Assembly (NCBI GenBank): GCA_052327205.1
Contig: CM126210.1
Location: 181,102,001 to 181,166,000, forward strand
Origin: Somniosus microcephalus
Lineage: Eukaryota
DNA length: 64,000 nt
Direction of reading: 5' to 3'
Below are positions 34,930 through 47,600 of the stretch, piece by piece. The translations under genes and the position numbers were made by a program. The notes beneath the pieces are model-generated. The model had not been told where the DNA came from, made no database searches, and saw only the letters and a list, made by a program, of their open reading frames with translations. How positions within the stretch are numbered: position 1 is the stretch's first letter; every line of letters starts with the position of its first letter.

Positions 34930-36233
34930 GAGAAAGGCATGGATTAATCAAGGACAGTCAGCATGGATTTGTTAAGGGAAGGTCGTATCTGACAAACTTG
35001 ATTGAATTTTTTGAGGCGGTAACAAGGAGGGTTGCTGAGGGTAGTGCATTTGATGTAGTCTACATGGATTTTAGAAAGGCTTTTGACAAGGTCCCACATG
35101 GCAGACTGGTCAGAAAAGTAAAAGCCCATGGGATCCAAGGGAAAGTGACAAGTTGGATCTAAAATGGGCTCAGTGGCAGGAAGCAAAGGGTAATGGTCGA
35201 CAGGTGTTTTTGTGACTGGAAAGCTGTTTCCAGTGAGGTTCCACAGGGCTCAGTACTAGATCCTTTGCTTTTTGTGGTATACATCAATGATTTAGACTTC
35301 AATGTAGGGGGCATGATTAAGAAGTTTGCAGATAATACAAAAGTTGGCCGTGTGGTTACTAGTGAAGAAGAAAGCTGTAGACTGCAGGAAGATATCAATG
35401 GTCAGGTGGACAGAAAAGTGGCAAATGCAATTCAATGCAGGGAAGCGTGAGGTAATGCATTTGGGAAGAGCTAATAAGACAAGGGAATACACAATAAATG
35501 GTAGGATACTGAGAAGTGTAGAGGAACAGAGGGACCTTGGAGTGCATGTCCACAGATCCCTGAAGGTAACAGGACAGGTAGATAAGGTGGTTAAGAAGGC
35601 ATATGGGATAATTTCCTTTATTAGCCAAGGTATAGAATATAAGAGCAGGGAGGTTATGTTTGAACTGTACAAAACACTAGTTAGGCCACAGCTAGAGTAC
35701 TGTGTTCTGGTCACCACATTACAGGAAAGATGTGATTGCACTAGAGAGGGTACACAGGAGATATACAAGGATGTTGCCAGGACTGGAGAATTTTAGCTAT
35801 GAGGAAAGATTGGATAGGCTGGGATTGTTATCTTTGGAACAGAGGAGGCTAAGGGGAGACTTGATTGAGGTGTATAAAATTATGAGGGGCCTAGATTGAG
35901 TGGATAGTAAGGACCTATTTCTCTTAGCAGAGCAGTCAATAACCAGGGGGCATAGATTTAAAATAATGGGTAGAAGGATTAGAGGGGAGTTGAGGAGAAC
36001 TTTATTCACCCAGAGGTTGGTGGGAGTCTGGAACTTACTGCCTGAAAGAGTGGTAGAGGCAGAAACGCTCATCACATTTAAAAAGTACTTGGATAAGCAC
36101 TTGAAGTGCTGTAACCCACAAGGCTACGAACCAAGAGCTGGAAATTGGGATTAGGCTGGATAGCTCATTTTTGGTCGGCACAGATGGGTCGAATGGCCTC
36201 CTTCTGTGCCGTAAATTTCTATGATTCTATGAT
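34930..36233 (+). mobile_element. CR1 RT-to-tail fragment, inserted in a MITE
   Basis: QHGF, YMDFRKAFDKVPH, VPQGSVL and KFADNTK motifs, with an (ATTCTATG)n tail. Confidence 0.93.
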
Positions 36234-36519
36234 CACCTGTTTTACACTATCGCACAAAGTCAAGATCTACCCCAAAAGTGTCTTTGATCATTATTTTAGT
36301 TTGTTTTTCCCTTATACTGTAGTTGAATTTCAGGAACTTTCACTTGTTCATAAGTAACAGATCCATTTCTGGTGATGCTGTCAGTATCAAACTGTCACTT
36401 TAGTGTAGTTCATGGTGCTATGAACTTGGGGTAGTTGGGAGACCTGCACAAAAAGAAGAAGAAATGTGTATGATCTAAAAGAGCCTTTAATGTGAACCTT
36501 GGCCTGGAGCACAAAAGCA

Positions 36520-37463
36520 CAAAATATCTCCAAGTTTGCAGACGACACAAAGCTGGGTGGGCGTGTGTGCTGTGAGGAGGATGCCGAGGAACTCCAGTAT
36601 GATTTGGACAGGTTGGGTGATTGGGCAGATGTATGGCAGATGCAGTATAATGTGGATAAATGCGAGGTTATCCACTTCGGTGGCAAAAACAGGAAGGCAG
36701 ATTATTATCTGAACGGCAATAGATTGGGAGAAGGGGAAGTGCAATGAGACCTGGGTGTCCTTGTGCACCAGTCGCTGAAGGTAAGCATGCAGGTGCAGCA
36801 GGCGGTTAAGAAGGCAAATGGTATGTTGGCCTTCGTAGCGAGAGGATTCGAGTACAGGAACAAGGATGTTTTGCTGCAGTTGTACAGGGCCTTGGTGAGA
36901 CCGCACCTTGAGTATTGTGTGCAGTTTTGGTCGCCTTATCTGAGGACGGATGTTCTTGCCATGGAGGGAGTGCAGTGAAGATTCACCAGACTGATACCTG
37001 GGATGGCAGGAATGGTGTATGAGGAGAGATTGGGTCGATTGGGCTTATACTCGCTGGAGTTTAGAAGAATGAGAGGGGATCTCATTGAAACTTATAAAAT
37101 TCTAACAGGACTAGACAGACTAGATGCAGGAAGGATGTTCCCGATGGGGAGTCCAGAACCAGGGGTCACAGTCTAAGGATAAGGGGTAGGCCATTTAGGA
37201 CAGAAATGAGGAGGAATTTCTTCACCCAGAGAGTGGTGAACCTGTGGAATTCTCTACCACACAAGGCAGTTGAGGCCAATTCATTAAATATATTCAAGAA
37301 GGAGTTAGATATATTTCTTAAGGCTAAAGGGATCAAGGGATATGGGGAGAAAGCAGGGACAGGGTACTGAGTTTGGATGATCAGCCATGATCGCATTGAA
37401 TGGCGGAGCAGGCTCGAGGGGCCGAATGGCCTACTCCTGCTCCTATCTTCTATGTTTCTATGT
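36520..37463 (+). mobile_element. CR1 3' fragment
   Basis: ISKFADDTKLGG..LVRPHLEYCVQFWSPY with in-frame stops and CR1 tail. Confidence 0.94.
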
Positions 37464-38398
37464 AAGCTGCTTTGGAACCTCAGCTTGGAGAACAGTTGTT
37501 GCCAACAGGGACCTGGCCATGCCAGATTAATATTGTCATCAGGGATCTAGCTAAGGCACACAGGAGCTGACCTGATGGAGCTGGCTATGGAAGAGAAGGT
37601 CTCACATGAGGGATTTGGCCATGGAGGAAAGGGGTGGTCATGAAGGACCAGGCGAAGCAGATCAAGAAATCCCAAAGAAAAGAAGAATGCCCATTAGTAG
37701 CCTAACCTCAAAGGATAAGAAGTGCTATAAGTGATTTTGATTTTGGAGGATATAATTTGCTATATTTGTAGTTGGAGACTTGGGATTTATGTTGGATTTT
37801 TATCAGCTGTTATTTAAAAATAGGTACAGATAAATAAATTCTCAGTACCTAATAACAACAATCTATTGATACAGCTTACTGTTTTTTCTCTCTTATACGG
37901 TACATTAAAGTTTCAATGTTAATTTTACAGTATTACAGATATAGATTACACTGCTGTGTTTTATATGCGTAGCTTACTGTGGTACAGCCATGGTCAGGGT
38001 AAAGCTAGTTTATGGTGATGTAGAGCACATTTCCTTTCACTTTATGCCTGGATGGTGTGCAGAAAGGAACATCTGATGGGAAGGATAGCACACCCCTTAG
38101 AGAACCCACTGGATTTTCCTTCTATTAATTTAAATGGGAGGAAAATCAGGTGCCTTCTGTTACCATCGTGCTTTCTGTGCTCCACAGGTAGAGGAAAATC
38201 TACCCCGTATGTTGCTGCATTACCAAATATTGTGAAATGGTTATATGTCTCTGGTTTGAGAATGTTCTCCCCTTAATGGCCACGGCTATCTTTTTTTTAT
38301 AGATAAAGTTTGCCATAAGTTGCACTTTTTGAATCGATAATGTTAATTTAAGATTTTAAGTAAATTAATTTGTCTTATTATTTCAATATACGGGTTCC

Positions 38399-41300
38399 TG
38401 TTGTGTCTGTGTGTTGATAGAGACACTGAAGACAGGAGTTGGTTTCATAGATGTTTACTAAACAAAGTCTGGAGGGGAACTAACTGATACAACACAATAT
38501 ACAGGCTTATATAGCCCGAGTGGCCATTACCGGCATTACAGTACACATGGGGCTCTTAAAGGCACATACACTACAATTCCTCCCCTTTTAGCCAACCAGT
38601 ACATAATATTTTAAGTAATTATTAATTACATGTTACAAGAAAAATAATCTACACATTGCTGCAGTTAATTAATTATAAGTCAGTCTCTCTGGAGGCTTCC
38701 TGACTCGGTCCGGATAACGCCTCGGTGGTGTAGTAGTTTCTGGTGGTGTAGTAGGTTCTTTTGGCAAGGCTGATTCGGCTTGAATGCCAGCGTCGGGTTC
38801 ATCGGGTTCCAGTATCACCGGATCGGAGGTAGATATGGGTATCTCTACTTCATCGTTAGGCGTATAGAGTTGTGGTGTAGGTTGTCCCTTTTCAGATGAC
38901 TCTATGATTTGGTCAGCATGGCGCCTTATTATGCTTTCTCCGATGTCCACGGTATACATCAGCGGTCCTAGTCGTGTGCAGATAGTTCCAGGCTGCCATT
39001 TCTCGGTACGGTAGTCCTGGGCTAAAACCTGTTGACCTATCTGGAAGGTTCTAGTTGGCCTTTCATTCATGCCTTGAAATTGCCGGTTCTCCACGTCCCT
39101 TCTGATGTTGGGCTTGATCAAATCCAGCCGGCATCTTAGGCTTCTATTGAAGAACATCATGGTGGGAGTTTGGTTTGTAACCATATGTGTTGCATTCCTG
39201 TATGCGAACAAGAAGTTATCCACCTTGTGCTGAAGTTTTATGTCTTCATTACCCATGGCCTTTATGGCCTTCTTGAAGGTCTGGACAAACCTTTCAGCCA
39301 ATCCATTGGTGGCGGGATGGTATGGGGCAGACGTGTAGTGCTTAACCCCATTGTTTTTTTAAGAACTTCCTGAATTCTTTGGACACAAATTGCGGTCCAT
39401 TATCAGAACAGATCTGTTCCGGCAGCCCATTCCTGGCAAATATGGTCCTTAATACTGTGATGGTTTTTTCCGTGGTGGTGGAGGACATCTTTATTACCTC
39501 CGGCCACTTGGAGTGTGCATCAACCGCGATTAAGAACATTGAGTCCATAAATGGACCAGCAAAGTCGATGTGTACCCTTTGCCAGGGAGATGAGGGCCAC
39601 TCCCATGGATGTAGAGGGGCTTGGGGTGGAGCGTTTTGGACCTTCTGGCATCCTAGGCAGCTCTTGGTCATTTCTTCGATGTCTCCATCGATACCTGGCC
39701 ACCATACAAACGCCCTGGCTAGGTTCTTCATTTTCACTCCACCCAGATGCCCCTCGTGAAGCTCCTTTAGAACTTTATCCTGGAGTTTGGGTGGAATCAC
39801 CACTCTGAATCCACACATCAAGGTTCCTCGGCACACTGACAGCTGTTCTCTTCTTTGCGAGAATGCTGGCAACAGTGGTTTGCCATGTGCTGGCCATCCC
39901 TTCACTGTTAAATCGTAGACTCGTGAGAGAGTCGGGTCATTTCTAGTTTCCCTTTCAATGGCAGAATTTGTTACTGGTAGACATTCGACTATGGTAGAGT
40001 GGAAAATCTCCATTGGGTCTACGGTAGGTGCTTCTTCTACCGTTGGCAACGGTAGGCGCGATAACCCATTAGCATTCCCATGCTGTTTTGACCCTTTGTA
40101 TTCTATGTTGTATTGGTGTGCCCCTAGAGAAAGGGACCGCCTCTGTAGCCTTTGTGCTGTCATAATGGGAACACCCTTTTTAGGGTTGAATATGGAGATG
40201 AGGGGTTGATGGTCAGTCAACAAGGTAAATTTTTGTCCGTGTAGGTAATGGTTTAATTTCTTCATTCCCCATACCAGGCTGAGTGCTTCCCTGTCGATTT
40301 GGGCACAGTTACGCTCAGCTGAGTTCAATGAGCGTGACGCAAAAGCTATCGGCCGTTCCGAGCCATCAGGGAATTTATGCGATAATACTGCTCCTACGCC
40401 GTAAGGGGATGCATCGCACGCCAGTCTGATTGGCAGTGATGGGTTGTAATGAGCCAAAACTTCTTTGGATGTGATTAAGTCTTTGCATTTATGGAAGGCA
40501 CGTTTACAGTCTTTGCTCCATTTCCAAATTACTCCTGTTTGTAGCAGTTCATTAAGAGGGTGTAGAAGAGTTGATAAGTTCGGTAAAAATTTATGATAGT
40601 AATTTATTAATCCCAGGAACGACCTTAATTGTGAAACATTTTCAGGTGCTGGGGCTTTTATGACCGCTTCAATTTTTTCAGGTGACTTATGCAACCCTTC
40701 CTTATTAATTATGTGGCCACAATATATTTGATTTTGGAAAAATTCGCACTTGGGGCGATTTGCTCGTAGGCCCCGTTCTCTCAGCCTAGTGAGCACCTGC
40801 TCCAAATTGGCAAGGTGCTCGTTGTCGTTTTCTCCTGTTACAAGGATGTCGTCTAGGTAGCATCGAGTCCCTGGAATCCCTTGGAGGACTTGCTCCATAG
40901 CTCTTTGCCAGATAGCTGGAGCGGATGCTACTCCGAAAACCAGTCGATTGTACTGGTACAGACCTTTGTGTGTATTTATCGTGAGATATTTTTAGAGGCC
41001 TCTTCAACCTCCATCTGCAGATATGCCTGTGCCAAGTCAATTTTGGTGAAACGTTTCCCTCCGGATAGTGAGGCAAAAATATCTTCTATCCTCGGAAGAG
41101 GATACTGTACCGTGTGAAGGACCGGGTTTACAGTCACCTTGAAGTCTCCACAGATGCGAATTTTTCTCTGTTCTTCAGATTTATCATTATTCAATGCTTT
41201 CTTCATGACTGGAACGATGGGTGTTGCCCACTTGCTCCAATCTATTTTGGATAATACGCCTGCCTTTTCCAAATTCTCCAGCTCTGCCTCGACTGCTGGA

Positions 41301-43291
41301 CGAATTGCGTATGGCACCAGTCTTGCCTTAAAAAACGTGGGAATTGCTGCATCTTCCACTTTTATTGAGGCAGTGATGCCTTTCAAGGTTCCTAGTTTCT
41401 CTTGAAACACTTCTTTGGCGTTGGCCAAGATGTCTTTTAATCGTTCAGGTATGGCGTCATCATCGTTTTTTTTCTTACTGGTCACCGTCAGTGCCTGAAT
41501 GGAGTGCCAGTCTAAACGTATTTTCCTGATCCATTCACGTCCCAACAGCGGTGGACCACCATCTTGTAGAATGTATAAATACAACTTTTGTATTTCCTTG
41601 CCGTTGTATACAACAGGCCCCCTTGTTTTTCCTTTGGGGTATACTTTCTGCCCCATATATGTTTTCAAGATAATGGATGTGTCTTTTAAAGGTATATGCG
41701 GAAATAGCCGCTCGTAATCCCATCAAATTATGACGGTCAGAGCTGATCCTGTATCTAGCTCCATTTTAACTGGGGACCCTGCTATTGTGAGGGTAATCCA
41801 AATGGTCTGGTAATCATCTTTGGCAATTACATTATGTAATTTGAGACAGCTTAGTCTCTTGTTTTCGGAGTCGCTATCGCTCTTCTGGTCTTCGGAGCTA
41901 CTGTCCGTCATCATTTGTACCTTTCCGTACTTTTCTTTATTGATTTTTTTTTTCCTGTCTGTGGATTTTTTTTGTCCAGATCGGCATACCCGTGCAATGT
42001 GTCCAATCTTTCCGCATTGCCTGCATGCTTTGTCCTTGAACCAGCAGTCCCTCTGGTCATGGGTGGATCTGCCGCAGCGATAACATCTCTTGAAACCCTG
42101 TGTCATTTCATGGGTGCCGAAGTCCTGTGTCTTTTGTTGTATCTCTGCAGCTCCTCTTGCGGCTGCTTCGTATGATACAGCCATACTGAAAGCCTTGTCT
42201 AGTGTTAAATCTTTTTCAGAGAGCAGCCTTTTCTGTGTTCCTTCACTTAAGAGACCGCAGACGAATTTGTCTCGAAGATAATCTGCTAGTCCTGCCCCGA
42301 ATTGGCAGTGTTTTGATAGCTTTCTTAATTCGGTGAGGTAATCAGCGTTACTTTCATTCTTGTGTTGATTTCTCTTGAAGAATTTGAATCGTTCCGCTAT
42401 CTGCAGCGGTGTTGGGTTTAAGTGCTCCTGTAGGGTATCAACAATTTCTTTAAAATTCTTGTCCTTTGGTTTGGCTGGAGTGATTACATTTTGTAACAGC
42501 CCGTATGTCTTTGCGCCCATTAGATTTAGTAGTACTGAAGCTTTTTTTTCATCTTCTATTCCATTTGCGGTGCAATATACCTCCACTCTTTCCACATATG
42601 TGGTCCAATCCTCTATCTCGTTATCAAAAGCATCAATATTGCCAGACTTAGGCATCCTAGAAAAAAAATGGCGCTTCCTGCGCTTTTCTTTGTTTTCTGC
42701 AGTAAAGATATGGCGCTTTCCCGCTGCTGCTGCCGATGACAACGCTGTTTCCCGCGGTTTCCGTTCTTTTTATTTATTTATTTATTTACAGTTGGAGACT
42801 CGTTCCCGCCGGACTCTCTCACTAGGTCTGAACGCCGACCTGCTCGCAGCGCCGGCTGTCTCCCGAGTGCTCCCTCCCCGTCTGTTACTGCTTGCCTCCG
42901 CTTTCGCTGCTTGGCCCAGCTGTAGAGCCAGCCGCTGGAGCCCCAGCCCGATGCCCAGGAAGGATTATTGCAGTACCTGCCACCAGCTTGGCTAGCTGGT
43001 GAAACTACAGCTTTTTCTTTTTCTTGATTTTTCTTCAACTTTGGACGCCAGAGGAATCGATGTCCTTGAGGTGCTGCCGAATTGCAGGTAAGTCCGTTTC
43101 CAATTCGTCACCACTGTTGTGTCTGTGTGTTGATAGAGACACTGAAGACAGGAGTTGGTTTCATAGGTGTTTACTAAACAAAGTCTGGAGGGGAACTAAC
43201 TGATACAACACAATATACAGGCTTATATAGCCCAAGGGGCCATTACCGGCATTACAGTACACATGGGGCTCTTAAAGGCACATACACTACA
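38399..43291 (-). mobile_element. Full-length Mag-like Ty3/Gypsy LTR retrotransposon, copy 2 (4893 bp, disabled)
   Basis: 177-bp LTRs at 43115-43291 and 38399-38575 (3 differences by eye), 5-bp TSD GTTCC, PBS TGGTGACGA, PPT TAAAAGGGGAGGAAT. Confidence 0.97.
38669..42655 (-). pseudogene. gag-pol of Mag-like element (Gag with 2 CCHC, PR, RT, RNase H, IN), broken by stops and frameshifts
   Basis: Motifs CYRCGRSTHDQRDC, CRQCGKIGHIARVC, LDTGS, YLDD, CDASPYG, LHEGH..C..C, SDNGPQF, AERFVQTFK occur in Gypsy domain order across five ORF pieces. Confidence 0.95.
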
Positions 43292-43875
43292 GTTCCAGTA
43301 CACTTTTTGCATCTCTTGATAAGAATGAGACTCATGTCCCTTTCAAAATCAGATATAGAGAACTACATTTAACTGTAGCACACTTCTTTTCTGTAAGTGT
43401 ATGGGAATTGAATTAACAACAGTAAATTCAATCATGAATTCAGGGTGGTTCAATAATTATGTCATCTCAACTGTACATATTTATTTATCTTCCTTTTGAA
43501 TCAGAAGCTCCTCCATAAATCTAATATCTGTGGTGTCATCACCACTCTTTGCTTAGATAAGAATATTCAGCAACAAATTGAAAATTAGTTTACTCATAAT
43601 TGTAATTGTTTTTATTCTTTTTAAAAGGATATTGATGTTGAGATTCCAATGTCGTGCCAAATCTGGGGATTCTGTGGCCTGCTGAGGCCTCTATTCCACT
43701 ATATAGTTGAAATAATTATTTTATCTTTTATGATTGACAATAATACTTTTGTTACTGTACTGGGCCAGTGGGTATGCAAGTGTAACTATAGAAGCAATGA
43801 TTTCATTCTTGATCAGTCTTGTAATTATTATGTTTCAATTTTAATCAGATTGGAAACATTCCCAAGTATTCTTTA

Positions 43876-44323
43876 TTACTTTTGTGGACGTTTTTGAGCT
43901 TTGTGGGGTTTGTAGGTTGGCAAACTGGTACATAAATCTTGGCAGATTGGTCGAGGTGGGAGGATGAATTCTGCTTGCCCGGGGGCTAAATTTGGGTAGG
44001 TGAGATTAATGTAGTCCTGGAAAGCTTTTCTTGTGTTTCGCAACTCAGTCTCCAGCTCCAATTCTAAGACAGTCATGGTTCCCACCCGATCATAAACCTC
44101 TTTGAGGTTAACCTCCTTATTGCACAGCAAGCATTTTAAGTAGTCTATTTCAGACTGATGTCTACTTTGTAAGACAATGATGGGTTCCTCAGCTAGTGCC
44201 TTTTCTTCACTGCGAGCTTTAGCAACTTCAGCTAATATTTTCCTTTCATACTCTTCTTTTTGGAGATGTAAAGATTCTTGTAGTGCAAAATGATTTTGCG
44301 TTTCGGCATCAGATTTTAACTTT
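43876..44323 (-). CDS. C6orf163: C6orf163 homolog, terminal coding exon
   Basis: Acceptor tttttaatcag in phase 2, matching the 56893 donor. The coiled coil ends in ELRNTRKAFQDYINLTYPNLAPGQAEFILPPR, recognised from memory as the conserved C6orf163 C-terminal motif. AATAAA overlaps the stop codon. Confidence 0.85.
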
Positions 44324-44617
44324 CTGATTAAAAATAACCAAAGCAGCATTAGTACCTAGTTGAAAATTAAAAAAAAAAACACATTTGGAACAGAATTATA
44401 AATATGTGGTCTGTGTGCAGAACTGAGTCAACATGTTGTCCTTTCAGTTCTGAGTCCTGCATTTGAGCATAGTCCAAATAAATTAAAACTCTTTGCTGAT
44501 TGTAAGAGTTCCACATGAAATAACTTTGGGTGACCCATAATCAAGTTATAGTATTAGGGGGAGCATGAATCCACGCATATAACTGCTCATAATTCAGCAC
44601 AAACGGTTTAACCTTAC

Positions 44618-47600
44618 TGCTCTGCCTTATAATTGCAGGAGTTTCGTTTTGTTGCCGCCAGTAGGTGGCAGTAAATGGAAATGGCCAGTAGGGTCGCTCA
44701 ACAGGAAGTAGTATAGTGATAGCAAACAAAGAGGTCACATCAGCATGGAGCGTGCTGCAAGTTAATCCACTGTAATCTTACATTGTTACGCCTTCGAAAG
44801 CATTGCCTGTGAGTTGAATGGTTTCATTACATATTCATGTTTAGATGTTAGTTATATCTCATGTATGTAACAAGGTGCATTTCTTTCTTTTGTCTTTCTC
44901 AGTTTTACTCCAACCCAATGCAACTGATTTGTATTGTTTCATTGACCTCATGCAAGTGTGGCATTATTAAACACCGGAGCTTGGACGCTACATCCTGACT
45001 CCCATGTCATTATTGAAAGGAGTTTGGCTGGCTGTCTAACTGCATACAGACACATACACGTAGGGAGGACAGTACAGTAAAAAGGCAAGTCATCAGCTGG
45101 CGCAACAAGCAACATTCGCAGTGCAACACGGTGCAATCATGGACGGCAAGAGCTTCCAAGACGAGCAGAGATCTGTGACCAGCTCAAGAAGTACACGCTC
45201 ATCTAGATCATCAACAGCCAGTGTAGCAGCAGCTAGAGCCTGGGCTAAAGCTAAAGCGGCACAGGCTCATGTGACCTTTGCTAAACAGGAACTGGCTGTG
45301 AAGAAAGAGAAGGTCCGACTACAAGCAGAGGCTGCTACATTGGAGAAAGAGAAGGTCCAACTACAAGCAGAGGCTGCTACATTGGACGCCATGCTGGAGG
45401 CACTACACATCGAGAAAGAAGCAGCTGCCGCTACTGCTGAGGCAGAGATATGGGAAGCGGCACTAGAAGCAGAGGTGGGAGAGCACCGCAGCATTGCTCG
45501 TCCTGCATCACCTCAAAGCACTGAGAGGCAGACAAGCGACTATGTCCAGGAGCAGGCTAGGACACGCACAGACATCTCCTCCTTCCCAAACTTTGAACCA
45601 TTGCACGAGAACACGGAATCGCCATCACCAGCCCAATATGAGGTCACTCAGGTGGATCATTCACGCTACACTGATGATGACCCCTTCCTTGTTATTGATG
45701 ACTGGTCACACAAAGGAGAGTTTGCAGCGCTCCCGAAGAAACCTGTGCCTCAATCCGCCGCTCCCAACCACTTGGAAGGTACTTATGCCAAAATTCCTCA
45801 CATTAAAAAAGAACCATTTTTAAAGGCTAGAATAGGTCATCCGGCATGGCAGTCTCCCATCCAATCGCAGCCCTTCCAATGCGATCATACTCTGGCAACC
45901 CATGCACAGACTCCTAATATGACAGCCATTGCCCAATATTTGGCATGTAGAGAACTTGTAAGGACAGGTCTCACAAAATTTGACAACAAGCCAGAGAGTT
46001 TTAGAGCATGGCAGTCATCCTTCCTTAATGCCACTGGCGGCTTGAGCCTGAGTGCTAGTGAGGAGTTGGATTTATTGTCATCATGGCTGGGCAAAGAATC
46101 GTCAACATGCCCGAAGGATCCGGTTTGTGTACACAAATGACCCAAGCACAGCCCTTAGAATGGTCTGGGCAAGACTCAGAGTGTTACTGCGCTCCTGAGG
46201 TGATAGAGAAAGCCCTCTTCAGTAAGCTGGAAAACTTTCCTAAAATAGGTAACAGAGACTACCTTAAGCCTAGAGAACTCGGAGACCTTTTAATGGAGTT
46301 ACTGGCAGCCAAAACAGACGGATACTTACCTGAGCTCTCCTATTCAGATACTGCTCGTGGCATCAACCCAATAGTGGAGAAGTTGCCCCACCCTCTCCAA
46401 GAAAAATGGATCAACGTAGGCTCAAAATTCAAAGAAGACAACCACATGTGGTTTCCCCCATTTTCCTTCTTTGTGAACTTTATCTGCAGAGAGGCCAGAA
46501 TTAGAAATGATCCAAGCTTTGCCCTGTCCAGCTACTGTAGTGGACCCTCAAAGTATGAGAAGCCCATGTCAAAGTACGTAGGCACAAGAATGCCTATATC
46601 TGTGCATAAGACGGATGTCACTGCAAAGACGACATCAGCATAGATGCAGCAAAGAATGAAGACGATCCCGGAAAACACTGCCCCATCCATCATAAGCCTT
46701 ATCCGCTCGCAAAATGTAGAGGCTTCAGAAACAAGACCATAGATGAACGCAGAGCCTACCTCAAAGATAATGGGGTATGTTTTAGGCGTTGCGCCTCCAT
46801 TTCCCACACTGCGAGAGACTGTAGGATAGCGTTGAGATGCAGGGAGTGTGAGAGTGACCGCCACAGCACAGCTATGCACCCAGGTCCTACCCCACAACGG
46901 AAAAGCCAACCATCAAAGACTCTGAGCCCGGAGACGAGAGAAAGGGAACCCTTACCACTGCACCAACGGTGAGCTCCATATGCACTGAGGTGTGTGGCCA
47001 AGGCCTCACAGGACGATTGTGTTCCAAAATATGCCTTGTAAGAGTCTACCCACAAGGACAGCGCGACCGCTCATTTAACATGTACGCAATACTCGATGAC
47101 CAAAGTAACCGGTCACTCGCATGGTCAGACTTTTTTGACATATTTGGCGTCGAGAGTAGCCCAGTCCCTTACTCACTGAGAACCTGTGCTGGACTCTTGG
47201 AGATGGCAGGAAGGAAAGCAGATGGGTTCTGTGCCGAGGCAGTGAGTGAAGGGGTGAGCATAGACTTACCGCCACTGATAGAGTGCAGTGAAATCCCGAA
47301 CAACTGATCGGAGATACCAACGCCTGAGACAGCACTTCACCATGCCCACCTAAAGCCCATAGCATCACGCATCCCAGCATTGGATCCAAAGGCCCAGATT
47401 CTCCTCCTGCTTGGGAGAGATGTGGTGAGGGTGCATAAGGTGAGAGAGCAAGTTAACGGACCACACGATGCCCCCTTTGCCCAAAGACTCGACTTAGGCT
47501 GGGTGCTCGTGGGAGAAGTGTGCCTAGGCCAAGCTCACAAGCCCAACATAAGCACCTTTAAGACCAACATGCTAGAAAGAGGACGACCCTCTTTCCTCAC

